Origin: Bacteriovoracaceae bacterium
Lineage (GTDB): Bacteria > Bdellovibrionota > Bacteriovoracia > Bacteriovoracales > Bacteriovoracaceae
Length of the DNA stretch: 64,000 bases
Assembly (NCBI GenBank): GCA_965217035.1
Contig: OZ244226.1
Span: 2,648,146-2,712,145 of the forward strand
Direction of reading: 5' to 3'
Positions 18,667 to 29,596 of this stretch are shown here, piece by piece. The notes under the pieces were generated by a model. The model was not told the origin of the DNA, searched no databases, and was given only the letters and a program-made list of their open reading frames with translations. Both the position numbers and the translations under genes were made by a program. Each line of letters begins with the position of its first letter. The stretch's first letter is position 1.

Positions 18667-20914
18667 TGAAAACGGGGATAGAAAAATATCTCGGACAGCC
18701 TTCGCGTATAGAAGCGAAGCTTATCGATAAAGTCTCAGAGAGCATTCAACTTTATGCTTTCTGGGATATCGATAAGGAGATGAAATTTACAGAAGGGTGG
18801 GTTGTTTTGGGAGCCAACCACTTATGGGTATTTAAGTTAGGTGAACTTTTAAAGAAGATTTCTCTCGAAAATATTCATGATGTGAAAGAATTCCAATCGA
18901 TCAATGCTTCAGGATTTGAATGTTTAGATGATAGGGGAGAAGTTTTAACTTCAATTCTCTATACTCATCGTCAAAAGCTGATGTTCGCTCAGATTATTTA
19001 TCTCTTAAGAGAAAAGATTAAAGGAAATGATCACGAAGTTGAAACTGATATCCATGAGTATTATCAGAAATCAGTTCTTAAAAACATTGATAAAGAGCAA
19101 AAACTCACTGAAGGTGAAAAACAGAGTGTTGTGACTCGATTAGTGAGTTATATCAAACCTTATAAAGTTCACATGATCATTGGTGGATTGGCCGCAGTTA
19201 TTGCAAGTCTTGTGAGTTTAGGTCCCGCTTATCTATCAGGAAGACTTATTGATCGAGTTATCAAGATTTATCAAGCTGGAGAGTTAACCCTAGAATCTGC
19301 TTTAAGTGAGTCTTGGATGCTTTTAGGGATTTTAGGAAGTTGTTATGTCTTAAGAGAGTTATTTGCTTGGATTCGATTAAAACGAATGTCTTTGATTGGA
19401 GAATGGGTGGCTTCTGATCTTCGAAAGGATCTTTATTCTCACCTTCAGAGTATGGATATGGAGTTTTTTGGAAGACGACAAACAGGAAGCTTAATAAGTC
19501 GAGTGAGCAGTGATACTGATCGAATTTGGGATTTTATCGCTTTTGGTATTGTTGAAGTTGGAATTGCCTTAGTGACTCTATTAGGACTTTCAGGAATGCT
19601 TATTTCTTTAGATGTGAAGTTAGGTCTGTTGATGACAATTCCTGTTCCATTAGTGATTTATTCGATTTATCGCCATGGTAAGCATATGGAAAAACTTTTT
19701 CTTCGTTGTTGGAGGAAATGGTCCGATTTAACCGATGTTCTTTCGGATACCATACCTGGTGTACAAGTTGTAAAAGCGTTTTATCAACAAGGTCGAGAGA
19801 TCAAGCGCTTTAATAACAAAAATGATATCGCGCTTGAGGAATTTGAGGGTGTTCATCTTGTTTGGACTAAGTTTTGGCCAAAGATGATGCTAACGATTCA
19901 TTTCATGGTTCTCTTAGTTTGGTTTTTTGCTATTCCTCGGTTATTGAGTGAGCCGAGTGATGAAGTCTATTTAACAGCAGGTACCTTTGTTTCATTCTTG
20001 TTGTATATGACTATGTTCAAACAACCGATTGAGATTATTGGACAGATGGCAAGGATGCTCAATCGAGCGACTAGTTCAGCTTTTAGAATTTTTGAAATTC
20101 TTGATACTCATTCGACAATGAAGATCGATGAAAATGCTAAGCAGATTCAAGTTGAAGGTCATATTGAATTCAAGGATGTTATTTTTAGTTATGATGGTAT
20201 TCGACAAATTCTCAAAGGGATTAATTTTGAAATTAATTCAGGGGAGATGATCGGACTCGTTGGTTCCAGTGGAGGAGGTAAAAGTACTATTACAAAATTA
20301 CTGATGCGCTTTTATGATGTTAAAAGTGGATCTATTACAATTGATGGAACGGAGTTGAAGGATATTGAACTTGGGAGTTATCGGTCTCAGGTTGGTATGG
20401 TTCTTCAGGATCCTTTTCTTTTTCACGGAACGATTAGGGATAATATTACTTATGGACTTCCTGGAGCGACTGAAAAAGAGATCATTGAAGCTGCTAGAGT
20501 TGCGAATGCTCATGAGTTTATTATGAAACTTCCCGAAGGCTATCACACGATGGTTGGGGAGCGAGGTCAGAGTCTTTCTGGGGGGAGAAGCAGAGAATCT
20601 CAATCGCGAGAGCCATTTTGCATGATCCAAAGATTTTAATTCTAGATGAAGCAACAAGTGCAGTGGATACGGAAACAGAAAGAAAAATCCAAGATGCACT
20701 TGATAAATTGATTGTTGGTAGAACTGTTATTGCGATTGCGCACAGACTATCAACATTAAGAAAAGCGAATCGAATTTTTGTTATCAAAGATGGAGCACTT
20801 GTGGAACAAGGAACTCATCAAGCCCTTATGAATAATAAGGGAGAGTATCATAAGTTACAAAGAATGCAGCAAGAGATGCATGAACTTTTAACAGGAGATG
20901 GCGATGTTACGTAA
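18666..20914 (+). CDS. Fused permease/ATPase ABC exporter with N-terminal extension, frameshifted at the G-run 20580-20585
   Basis: TM domain and Walker A GSSGGGKS; adding one G restores [29 protein letters not shown] and joins ORFs 18591-20639 and 20618-20914. Confidence 0.85.
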
Positions 20915-21353
20915 TAGAGGAGAACTTGGTTTAGTTTATATAGAAGAAGAAAAAGAAACTTGGGTGAGTTTGAAGAAATGCTTTCCCAAAACTCATTCAG
21001 AAGAATTTATTTCAGTCTTGAATAATGAAGGAGAAGAGATTCTTTTCATCGAAGCAATAGACAAGCTCGAGGAGAAAGATAGACAGGCCGTTAAAGAGTA
21101 TTTAGAGAAGTCTAATTACCAGATGGAAATCATTAAAATTATCTTTGTGCAAGACGAATATGGATTCAGACACTGGGAAGTTGAGACAACTTCGGGAAAA
21201 AGAGTTTTTCAAACAGCCTTAAGTTCATGGCCTATTGTTTTTGGGAATGGTTCGATTTTGATTGAGGATTTGAATAAGGATCGCTATTGGATAAGTAACC
21301 GGTTAAATTTAGATACTAAATCTGATCGGATTTTATCGACTTATGTGGATTAA
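20898..21353 (+). CDS. DUF1854 domain protein
   Basis: CFP....[14 protein letters not shown]...DRYWI, LD..S..IL; follows the ABC exporter as is typical for the family. Confidence 0.8.
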   Translation: MAMLRNRGELGLVYIEEEKETWVSLKKCFPKTHSEEFISVLNNEGEEILFIEAIDKLEEKDRQAVKEYLEKSNYQMEIIKIIFVQDEYGFRHWEVETTSGKRVFQTALSSWPIVFGNGSILIEDLNKDRYWISNRLNLDTKSDRILSTYVD

Positions 21354-21530
21354 CCCATTCCTGCTATGATTCCACTTAAGTTAATAGTGTGGTTCGCTTT
21401 TTTTCAGTGTAATATCATTGATGGAGTCGTAAGATAATCAATAATTTTTTATTTTGAAGCTCGTTGAGAACTCTTTTGATTCTTTTATCTTTCTTTGAAA
21501 TTTTTGCAGCGTACTTTTTTTCTTAACTTG

Positions 21531-22292
21531 CTAGGTTTTGAGGCGGTAGCCAGTTTTAAAAATCCAGGCAATGACCAATATACAAGCAGTTAGAAAGACT
21601 CCAATCATTCCAATACTAACTGCGAGATTGACATCAGATTGACCGTAGAAGCTCCAGCGAAAGGCGTTGATAAGATATACCACTGGGTTAAAATAAGAGA
21701 TTGTCTGCCAAAATGAGGGAAGCATTTTGAGAGAGTAAAAACTTCCGCCGAGAAAGGCGAGAGGAGTAATAACAAGGAGAGGAATGACTTGGAGTTTCTC
21801 AAAGCCATCGGCCCAAACTCCGATTATAAAACCAAAGAGAGCGAAGGTCATTGTCGTTGCAACAAGAAAAACAAACATCCAAAAGGGATGCAGGATATTT
21901 AAATTAACAAAAAAGTTTGCAGTAAAAAGAATAACCAAAGCAATAATGATAGATTTGCTCGCGGCTGCTCCTACATAGCCTAGAATAATTTCAAAATAAG
22001 AAATAGGTGCAGAAAGAACTTCAAAAATAGTCCCACTAAAACGAGGGAAGTAAATTGCAAAAGATGCATTAGAAATACTTTGGTTTAGGACAGACATCAT
22101 TATGAGTCCTGGAACGATAAAGGAACCATAAGGAATTCCATCTATTTCATTGATCTTTGAACCGATAGCAGATCCAAAAACAATGAAATAAAGAGAGGTT
22201 GAAATGACGGGGCTTGCGATGCTTTGTCCTCGAGTCCGCCACATTCTTGCCATTTCAAAACGATAAATAGACCATACTGCGCGCCAATTCAT
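21531..22292 (-). CDS. ABC-2 type permease, YadH-like
   Basis: [42 protein letters not shown]. Confidence 0.9.
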   Translation of the reverse strand: MNWRAVWSIYRFEMARMWRTRGQSIASPVISTSLYFIVFGSAIGSKINEIDGIPYGSFIVPGLIMMSVLNQSISNASFAIYFPRFSGTIFEVLSAPISYFEIILGYVGAAASKSIIIALVILFTANFFVNLNILHPFWMFVFLVATTMTFALFGFIIGVWADGFEKLQVIPLLVITPLAFLGGSFYSLKMLPSFWQTISYFNPVVYLINAFRWSFYGQSDVNLAVSIGMIGVFLTACILVIAWIFKTGYRLKT

Positions 22293-23200
22293 TGTTTCAC
22301 CAGATTAACAAAAATTTCCTCAAGAGAGCTTTGTTTCGTATAAAGATCTTTAAAATTAATATTGTTTTCTTGAATTGTGGTTACAAGTTCGGCAATACAA
22401 CGACTGTCTTCAGTTGTATCATAAGCGTAAATAAGTTTTGTCCCAGCCTTATTTAATCGAAGTTTATTATTAAAAATACTTGAAGGAATTTCAGTCATAG
22501 GATTTTCAAGATCAAAGATAAGTTCCTTGCTTCCCATTTTCTTCATGAGAATTTCTTTTTTTTCGGTAAGGATGATTTCTCCATTAGAAATGACTCCCAC
22601 TCTGTCGGCCATCTCTTCAGCTTCTTCGATATAATGAGTGGTCAGTATTATTGTAACTCCTGATTCTTGTAGTGCTCTCACATTTTCCCACATTGATTTT
22701 CTTAACTCTACATCAACCCCAGCTGTTGGTTCATCTAAGAAAAGAACCCGAGGTTCATGAGAAAGGGCCTTCGCGATCATGACTCTTCTTTTCATTCCTC
22801 CTGATAAGGTCATCAGTTTATTATCTTTTTTATCCCAGAGCGAAAGGTCTTTTAGGATTTTTTCAATAAGTTCAGGGTTTTTCTTTTTTCCAAAAAGTCC
22901 TCTCGAGAAATTAACAGTGTTCCAAACAGTTTCGAAAGCGTCTCGAGTAATCTCTTGAGGAACAAGACCAATTAAAGAACGAGCTTTTTTATAATCTTTG
23001 ATTACATCATGACCACCAACTGAAATCTTCCCTGAAGTGAGATTTACGATTCCACAGATGATAGAAATCAAAGTGGTCTTTCCCGCACCGTTGGGTCCGA
23101 GGAGAGCAAAGATCTCTCCTTCTTTGATTTCAAGATTTATATTTTTGAGTGCCTGAAATCCACCTTCATAGGTTTTGCTGACATCATTGATTTGGATCAT
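22289..23200 (-). CDS. ABC transporter ATP-binding protein, YadG-like
   Basis: [25 protein letters not shown]; likely start at 23200. Confidence 0.92.
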   Translation of the reverse strand: MIQINDVSKTYEGGFQALKNINLEIKEGEIFALLGPNGAGKTTLISIICGIVNLTSGKISVGGHDVIKDYKKARSLIGLVPQEITRDAFETVWNTVNFSRGLFGKKKNPELIEKILKDLSLWDKKDNKLMTLSGGMKRRVMIAKALSHEPRVLFLDEPTAGVDVELRKSMWENVRALQESGVTIILTTHYIEEAEEMADRVGVISNGEIILTEKKEILMKKMGSKELIFDLENPMTEIPSSIFNNKLRLNKAGTKLIYAYDTTEDSRCIAELVTTIQENNINFKDLYTKQSSLEEIFVNLVKQ

Positions 23201-23661
23201 ATGATTAAAGTATCTTTTCACCTCAAGTGAGGCAAGAAGATACTTCAATAAGAAATTTAAAGGATGAAGGTCGATTTCAGCTTCATCATTAATAGAGATG
23301 GTCCTAGTGAAAACTTTTCGCTTTTCAAATCCTATCTTTGCTCATTCTCATTTTTAGCTGAAATTTCTGTGCGGTCTGCAATTTCCTTGATTTTATAATG
23401 GAAAGTCTTTTTGATGTCTTCCTCCATAATGAATTCGCACATTTTAGAATTTCTAGAAAGTCGATGCCTATTCGCTTGTGATTGTTCGATAAAAGATACG
23501 GTAAGCTGGGACGAAATTTGCATCCTTTAACAAAGCTGAGAAAATCTTTGAGGCGTAAAAATAACTATAGGTAAGACTAAAAACCTCACAAGATCCTCCA
23601 AATAGACAACAGCTTTGACGTATTGCAGAAAAAGGATAGAGGGTTCGAGACAATATATATG

Positions 23662-24165
23662 TTACTTTTTATCTAAAAATTCTTGGATTTGCTTTAAGTC
23701 ACTAGACTTAAAGTGCTTGAAACTCTTGCCGCCTTTGGTGATGAGATATTTCTCGAAATTCCAAGCAATCTCTTCTTTGTCTGTTTTAGACTGAAGGAAG
23801 GCGATAAGAGAAATTTTCTTTTCTCCTCTTACCAAAGACTTTTTTGAAAGTGGAAAATCTGCACCATATTTTACCTTGCAGAATTCGATAACTTCAGACT
23901 CTGTACCAGGGGTCTGACCTCCAAATTCATTAGAAGGAATTCCAATAACAACAGTGTCTTCTCTTTCGGAAAGCTTCTCAAGGTCATTCAACTGTGGGGT
24001 ATAACCACAATGGGTCGCGATATTAGTGACAATGATATTCTTATCTTTATATTGAGCAAGATCGATCTCTCCACCCTTAGCAGCGGGTAATTTAAAATCA
24101 TAAATTGATTTCGCATCAGCATTTGTCATAATCAAGGCTCCTAATAAGAAAGAAATGAATTTCAT
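23662..24165 (-). CDS. Glutathione peroxidase family protein with signal peptide
   Basis: NIATHCGYTPQ, PSNEFGGQ, WNFEKYL; start MKFISFLLGALIMTNADA with GGAG RBS. Confidence 0.88.
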   Translation of the reverse strand: MKFISFLLGALIMTNADAKSIYDFKLPAAKGGEIDLAQYKDKNIIVTNIATHCGYTPQLNDLEKLSEREDTVVIGIPSNEFGGQTPGTESEVIEFCKVKYGADFPLSKKSLVRGEKKISLIAFLQSKTDKEEIAWNFEKYLITKGGKSFKHFKSSDLKQIQEFLDKK

Positions 24166-24380
24166 AAGTTCTCCAAAAGCGGGTTCCCTTGAACCGAAGT
24201 TTAAAGATGAAAATATTTTATTCAATTTTGGTTTTTTTTAAAAGACGTGTTGTGTTCTTGTCTAGGCTTTTGGTCCTATAAACACTCTGAAATTCGATTT
24301 TAGCCCTGATCAGTATTGATCTTGTTTTGAATTATGACGAGAGTCATATTCTGTTTCTCTGAGTATGAGAGAATAAGGTT

Positions 24381-24806
24381 ATGAAAAAAACAATTTTATT
24401 CTTATTCATTGTTGGATGTTCTTTTATCAATCGTGACTCTAATAAGCATTACAAAAGTAAAAAAGGAATGACTTATCAGCATAAGAGCGTTTACCGTCAA
24501 CCTCCAAAAGACGATTTTGCTTATGATCCAAATCCTCCTAGAAGGACATTAGTTGCAGGGAAAAAGCTTTATAAAGAGTCCTGTTATTTTTGTCATGGAG
24601 ATAAAGGAGAAGGGGATGGTCCGTGGGCAAAAAATCTTGAGAAGAAGCCAGCTGACTTACAGCAAATCATGGAAAAAGCTCCAAATTTTCAACTTTATCT
24701 CAGTATTTCTAAATGGTTTGGAAACATGCCAGGTTGGAAAGATAAAAACTACACTGAAGAAGAGATCCTCCAAATTGGCTATTATATCCGCTCATTAGAG
24801 AAGTAA
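24381..24806 (+). CDS. Monoheme c-type cytochrome, probable lipoprotein
   Basis: Lipobox IVGC, CYFCH, GDG...PADL, MPGW axial Met. Confidence 0.88.
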   Translation: MKKTILFLFIVGCSFINRDSNKHYKSKKGMTYQHKSVYRQPPKDDFAYDPNPPRRTLVAGKKLYKESCYFCHGDKGEGDGPWAKNLEKKPADLQQIMEKAPNFQLYLSISKWFGNMPGWKDKNYTEEEILQIGYYIRSLEK

Positions 24807-24941
24807 CGTAATAATTACAAGATCAAAACTAACACTTGTACAGCGCGTTATGGCGTGTTAGTTTGCCTTCGAACAACAAGGGGTGCCTGGTAGAAAAAAA
24901 GGATTTTTCATAGGGGACCGGATTTATTCGGAGGTACGAAA

Positions 24942-25331
24942 ATGCTAAGAGCTTTAGTGGCGCTCTCATTAGTGGTTTCAGCAGGGTCATTCGCTTGTAG
25001 TGGTGGCAACGTAAAAATTGGAGGAAAGATTCTTTTGACTTCCAGAACTGTATCAACAAGTCCAACAAAAGAATGGGATGTGAACGAAATGCTTCAAAAA
25101 GGTTCTGCAGTTTTAGTCAATCTAGATAACGGAGAACTCGCCCAGGTCTCTGTTGAAGCAGTCAAACAAGACAGTGAAGACATTACCTTTACGATCTTTC
25201 GTGTGAAAAACTCGCATGAACCAATGAAATTAATAAAAGTAAAAAGTGATTATGAGGGGATCGGGCATCGCTCAGGGGGAGGACGGTACCCGGTCGAAGA
25301 TATTGCAGTTGATGAAGAATATGGATGTTGA
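24942..25331 (+). CDS. Hypothetical secreted protein
   Basis: GGAGG RBS, signal peptide, followed by a terminator. Confidence 0.7.
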   Translation: MLRALVALSLVVSAGSFACSGGNVKIGGKILLTSRTVSTSPTKEWDVNEMLQKGSAVLVNLDNGELAQVSVEAVKQDSEDITFTIFRVKNSHEPMKLIKVKSDYEGIGHRSGGGRYPVEDIAVDEEYGC

Positions 25332-25354
25332 TTGATCGAAAAAAATTAGTTTAG

Positions 25355-25381
25355 AAAAAGGGCCGAATGGCCCTTTTTTTT
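25355..25381 (+). terminator. Rho-independent terminator
   Basis: AAAAAGGGCC-GAAT-GGCCC followed by T8. Confidence 0.85.
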
Positions 25382-25439
25382 ACTTAAAAATGATCTTTAC
25401 GAGTTTTACTTCATTTTGTTTCGACACTAAACTTATCGA

Positions 25440-26147
25440 ATGAAGTTTTTTCTATTCTTTTTTATTATTTTTTCTTGTTCTCACCGAAATTGGTATGAAG
25501 CTTCTCGAGAGAGTTCCGGAATTGCTCCTAAAGCTGAAGATTTAAAAGAAGATATCATTCAGGTTTATTATGCTAGGGCCTTTGCTTGGAGGGGGTATTT
25601 TGGTGTTCATCCTTGGATTGCATGGAAGAAAAAAGAAGATAACGAATATACTGTCACTCAAGTAACAGCTTGGAATATTAGAAGTGAAGGAAAAACCGTT
25701 TCAATAAAGAAAGATCTTCCTGATAGGAAATGGTATGACCGAGAGCCAACTTTACTTCTCGAACTAAAGGGGAAAGAAGCAAGAACGGCCATTGAAAAAG
25801 TTCAAAAAATCATAAAGGATTACCCTTATTCTGAGACTTATAGAATATGGCCTGGACCAAATTCTAATACCTATATTTCTTATATTCTTCGAGAGGTAGA
25901 TGAGCTGGATCTTGAATTACCAGCTCATGCAATTGGAAAGGATTATACAGAAAAATTTATTTCAAATAGTGCTTCAAATACAGGATTTAATTTCTCCGTC
26001 TTTGGTTTTTTTGGTTTAACGGCTGGCATAGCAGAAGGTTTAGAGGTTAACCTATTAGGTCTTCATTTTGGAGTCGATTTTTGGACACCGGCAATTAAAC
26101 TTCCGATTATTGGTCGAGTGGGTTTTAAAGACCGATCGTTAGACTAA
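25440..26147 (+). CDS. DUF3750 domain lipoprotein
   Basis: Lipobox IFSC, WRGYFGVHPWI, YRIWPGPNSNT, AIGKDY, EGLEVNLLGL. Confidence 0.85.
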   Translation: MKFFLFFFIIFSCSHRNWYEASRESSGIAPKAEDLKEDIIQVYYARAFAWRGYFGVHPWIAWKKKEDNEYTVTQVTAWNIRSEGKTVSIKKDLPDRKWYDREPTLLLELKGKEARTAIEKVQKIIKDYPYSETYRIWPGPNSNTYISYILREVDELDLELPAHAIGKDYTEKFISNSASNTGFNFSVFGFFGLTAGIAEGLEVNLLGLHFGVDFWTPAIKLPIIGRVGFKDRSLD

Positions 26148-26216
26148 GAGACTCAGAATCTCTCAAGAAAGTCAGCTAAATTGTCGAAAAGATTATTGAA
26201 ATCAATAGGTTATTAA

Positions 26217-27721
26217 ATGAAGTTATCATTGATCCACGCAAACTCGCGTAAGAAAATGACATTATCAAGGGGGCGGGAGATCATTCTTGGTAGAGGTGCT
26301 ACTGAGATTCCTGAATTGGAAGAGGACTCTAAGTTAAGCCGTCAACACTTAAAGTTTTATTTCGATGATGAAAACAATTGTTTTGTTGTTCAAGATCTTG
26401 ATTCTACGAATGGAACTTTTCTAAATCATAATAGGGTTGATCCTCAAAGTTTTTTTCAAGTACATGTTGGTGATATTGTTGTTTTTGGTAATCAGGCAAT
26501 TGAAATTGAAACGATTTGGGACGATAGTAAAATTCTTAAAAATACAACAGACTTTACCGATAAAGCGAGTATCAATGTCAACGCAAGCTTAACTCAAGAG
26601 ATGACTATGGTAGATCATAGTGCTTTATACCGACAATTTTCCTATGAAGGTAGTAATAAAGAGTTGATTGTTCTTTCTATTAAAAATGCTTTTTTCTCAC
26701 TTATTTCTTTAGGGTTTTATATTCCTTACGCAAAAGTAAACTTAAGGAAGCATATCTGGGGCTATACTCGTTTTGGTCCGGATGCTTTTAATTTCGCAGG
26801 CTCGGGTTGGGAACTTTTGAGAAGTTATTTAATTTTCTTTGGTCTTGTTTTCTTTATCGGTGCAGGGTTTTGGGGTGTGAGTTCCTATGCTGGTTTTAAT
26901 TGGCTTGGTTTTGCGAATCACTTCACAGAAAGACTTGGTTTTGAAGCGATGGGACTCGTTTTTGCATTTCTTATTTTAAGTGTTTTTGTGGGACTTTTTT
27001 ATATAGCCTTTATTTTTTACATGCAGTTTGGAACCTTAAGATATTTACTAACTCGGACCAAGTTAAGATCTCTATATTTTAACTTAGATTCAACCAAAAG
27101 ATTAAACTTCATTGTTTCTTCTCTTGGAGGGATTCTCTTAACTATCGTAACTCTTGGACTTTATTTTCCTTTCTTTAAAACAAACCAATTACGTTATCTT
27201 TGGAATCATGTAAGTTATGGGAATCAGAAGTTTCAGTTTCAGGGAGATGGGAAAAACTATGCTCGAGTTTTTTTGAAAACTCTTGTTTTTGCAATAACGA
27301 TTACTATTTTAATTAGGATTCTTAGTAGTCTCTTTAGCGTAATTTTTTCTGAACATCCTTTTACAAGTACAACTATTATATTTATCTTGAGTTATAGCTC
27401 TTACTTCTTCATTCATTCTTATTTTAAAGCTGAATCTCTAAACTATCTTATAAATAACTTGCAGGTTCAAAAAGCAACTTTCTCATCGAGTTTTACAATG
27501 TTTCAAATGTTCAAATTAAACTTCATTAATTATATTTTAGTCATTGTTACTTTCGGACTTGCTTCTCCTGTTGTTTTATAAGAAATATTAGTTTTTATGT
27601 TCAAAACATTAAAGTTGAGGGGGCCCTTGATTTTGAAATTATTGAGATGAACAGTCATGAACAAGGTGGAGAGTTTGCTGAAACTCTTGCTGATGTTTTT
27701 GATTTCGAGTTGAGTTGGTGA
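26217..27721 (+). CDS. FHA domain fused to YjgN/DUF898 membrane protein, frameshifted near the C-terminus
   Basis: FHA motifs GR, SRQH, DLDSTNGT; DUF898 repeats (SLGFYIPYA, TLGLYFPF); adding one T near 27575 restores IRNISFY...GEFAETLADVFDFELSW ending at 27721, adjacent to the next ATG. Confidence 0.8.
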
Positions 27722-28723
27722 ATGGCAGTTCCTTGTCCGGCAATCTATTTTTCAGGACTCTCAGCTGAGAAACATTATGTAAAAGTTGATTTTAATCCAG
27801 CAAGCTTAACGATTAAGGGAGATTTGATTAATGAGATCTGGAATGAAGGTGATTATCAATTTGAAAGGCCAAATAATAAGACCTTTATACTTGAAAATAA
27901 TGGTAAACAGCTTATTTTTACTCGGAATACGATTGAAGCTTATTTTTTTAATAATGTTCTGAAAAATCATTATAAGTTTTTTTTCAAGGTTTCGCGCTGG
28001 AGACCTTATGCAATTGGAATTATCGTTTTCTTAGCTGTTGGATATCTCGTATCATCAAAAGTTTCTGATTATTTCTTAGAGAATTTTACATTGGAAGAGC
28101 AACGAGAAACTTTTTCGTTCATGGATCAAAGCTATCTTTCAGCTAGCTGTATGAATAAAGATACAAGAAGAATGATCAACCGGATTTTAGAGAATACTGG
28201 GCATAAAGAGTTCACTGGAAGTATTTATTATGTTTCCTCTCCTGAAGTGAATGCATATGCTCTTCCAAGCGGTTCTATCATCTTTACTAAAGGTTTTCTC
28301 AAACAAATGGAGTCTGTGGAAGAGTTTATTGCGGTTTTATTTCATGAAATTGGGCATGTGAAACATAGGCATCATTTAAAAAGATTAAGAAATTCACTTG
28401 GGTTCGATATTGTCTCAATCCTTATTTTTGGAGAAAAAACGGGAGCAAAGAGCATTGTTTCGAAATTTATTATTAATAAATATACTTCATCCCAAGAGGA
28501 AGAATCAGATGCCTATGCTCGTCAAAAGCTGGATCAGTATGGAATTTCGAGAATTGGTGCTGTCGATTTCTTTGAAAGAAATAAAGAGAACTCGAAACTT
28601 GCTATTTTTTCAACTCATCCGAGCTCGCAAAAGAGAATCAATTTCTTCCAAGCTGATTTTCCAAAAGAACCAACTCGTGAATATTATCCCGATATGCTCA
28701 AGTCATTAAAGAATTGCGAATAA
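27722..28723 (+). CDS. M48 family metallopeptidase
   Basis: VNAYALPSG, HEIGH, E.ESD, STHP...R; the usual partner of YjgN. Confidence 0.9.
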   Translation: MAVPCPAIYFSGLSAEKHYVKVDFNPASLTIKGDLINEIWNEGDYQFERPNNKTFILENNGKQLIFTRNTIEAYFFNNVLKNHYKFFFKVSRWRPYAIGIIVFLAVGYLVSSKVSDYFLENFTLEEQRETFSFMDQSYLSASCMNKDTRRMINRILENTGHKEFTGSIYYVSSPEVNAYALPSGSIIFTKGFLKQMESVEEFIAVLFHEIGHVKHRHHLKRLRNSLGFDIVSILIFGEKTGAKSIVSKFIINKYTSSQEEESDAYARQKLDQYGISRIGAVDFFERNKENSKLAIFSTHPSSQKRINFFQADFPKEPTREYYPDMLKSLKNCE

Positions 28724-28724
28724 A

Positions 28725-29588
28725 TTAACGATTCTCCGGAAGAGGAATTCTTTCTGTCTCATTGATCACAGAAGGGAAATCTTCATTACTCCAGCGCTTT
28801 TTAGCTTCTTCTATTTTTTCTTGACTACTAGAAACAAAGTTCCACCAAATATGTCTTTTCTCTGGAAAGGGAGTCCCTCCAAAAAACATAAATTCAACAG
28901 AGCTATCAGTTTCAAATTGAACTTTTTCACCTTTATTAAAACAGATCAAACTGTAACGAGAGTATTCGTTACCATCGACCTTTACACTTCCTTGAATGAT
29001 ATAAATGGCACCTTCTTTTTGAAAATCTAGTTGATACTCAAATTTAGACTGCGTTTTTCCGTAATAATAAAAAAGATCACTGTATACCGGGACAGGAGAT
29101 TTCTCTCCAAGACCTTCTCCCGCGATAAGCCTTAGTTGAGTTCCGTTATGATCGATCAACGGCAACTCTGATTCTTTTGTATGATAGAAGCTGGCATCAA
29201 CCTCTTCGTATTCTTTTGGAAGAGCAACCCAAAGTTGAATACCTTCTAAGGTAAAAGGGTTATCTACAACAAAAGAGCGTTCACTATGAACAATCCCATT
29301 ACCAGCAGTCATCCAGTTGACTTCACCAGGCTTGATATATTGTTCATTATTTAAACTATCTCGATGAAGAATCTGTCCTGAGAAAAGGTAAGTAATCGTC
29401 GCTAAACCAATATGAGGATGAGAACGAACTTTCATTTCATTTTCTTTTGTGAGCTCTAGTGGACCCATGTGATCCCAGAAGATGAATGGCCCCACCATAG
29501 GTTTATCCCAATGGGGGAGCGCTCTTCTCACTATAAAATTATCTCCAATATCTTTTGCTTTCGGTTCAATAATAATTCTATCCATCAT
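28725..29588 (-). CDS. Pirin family protein
   Basis: GPFIFWDH, HPHIG, WMTAGNGIVHSE, QLWV. Confidence 0.93.
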   Translation of the reverse strand: MMDRIIIEPKAKDIGDNFIVRRALPHWDKPMVGPFIFWDHMGPLELTKENEMKVRSHPHIGLATITYLFSGQILHRDSLNNEQYIKPGEVNWMTAGNGIVHSERSFVVDNPFTLEGIQLWVALPKEYEEVDASFYHTKESELPLIDHNGTQLRLIAGEGLGEKSPVPVYSDLFYYYGKTQSKFEYQLDFQKEGAIYIIQGSVKVDGNEYSRYSLICFNKGEKVQFETDSSVEFMFFGGTPFPEKRHIWWNFVSSSQEKIEEAKKRWSNEDFPSVINETERIPLPENR

Positions 29589-29596
29589 GCTTTCTC

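Noticed and set aside
23250..23655. Short minus-strand ORFs 23332-23523 and 23468-23653, possibly a decayed gene
   Set aside because: Multiple stops and no recognisable family; cannot be supported
24825..24890. Hairpin with GGCAAAC on the minus strand resembling a c-di-GMP-I riboswitch
   Set aside because: Lacks the GNRA loop and second stem, and is in the wrong orientation for the downstream gene
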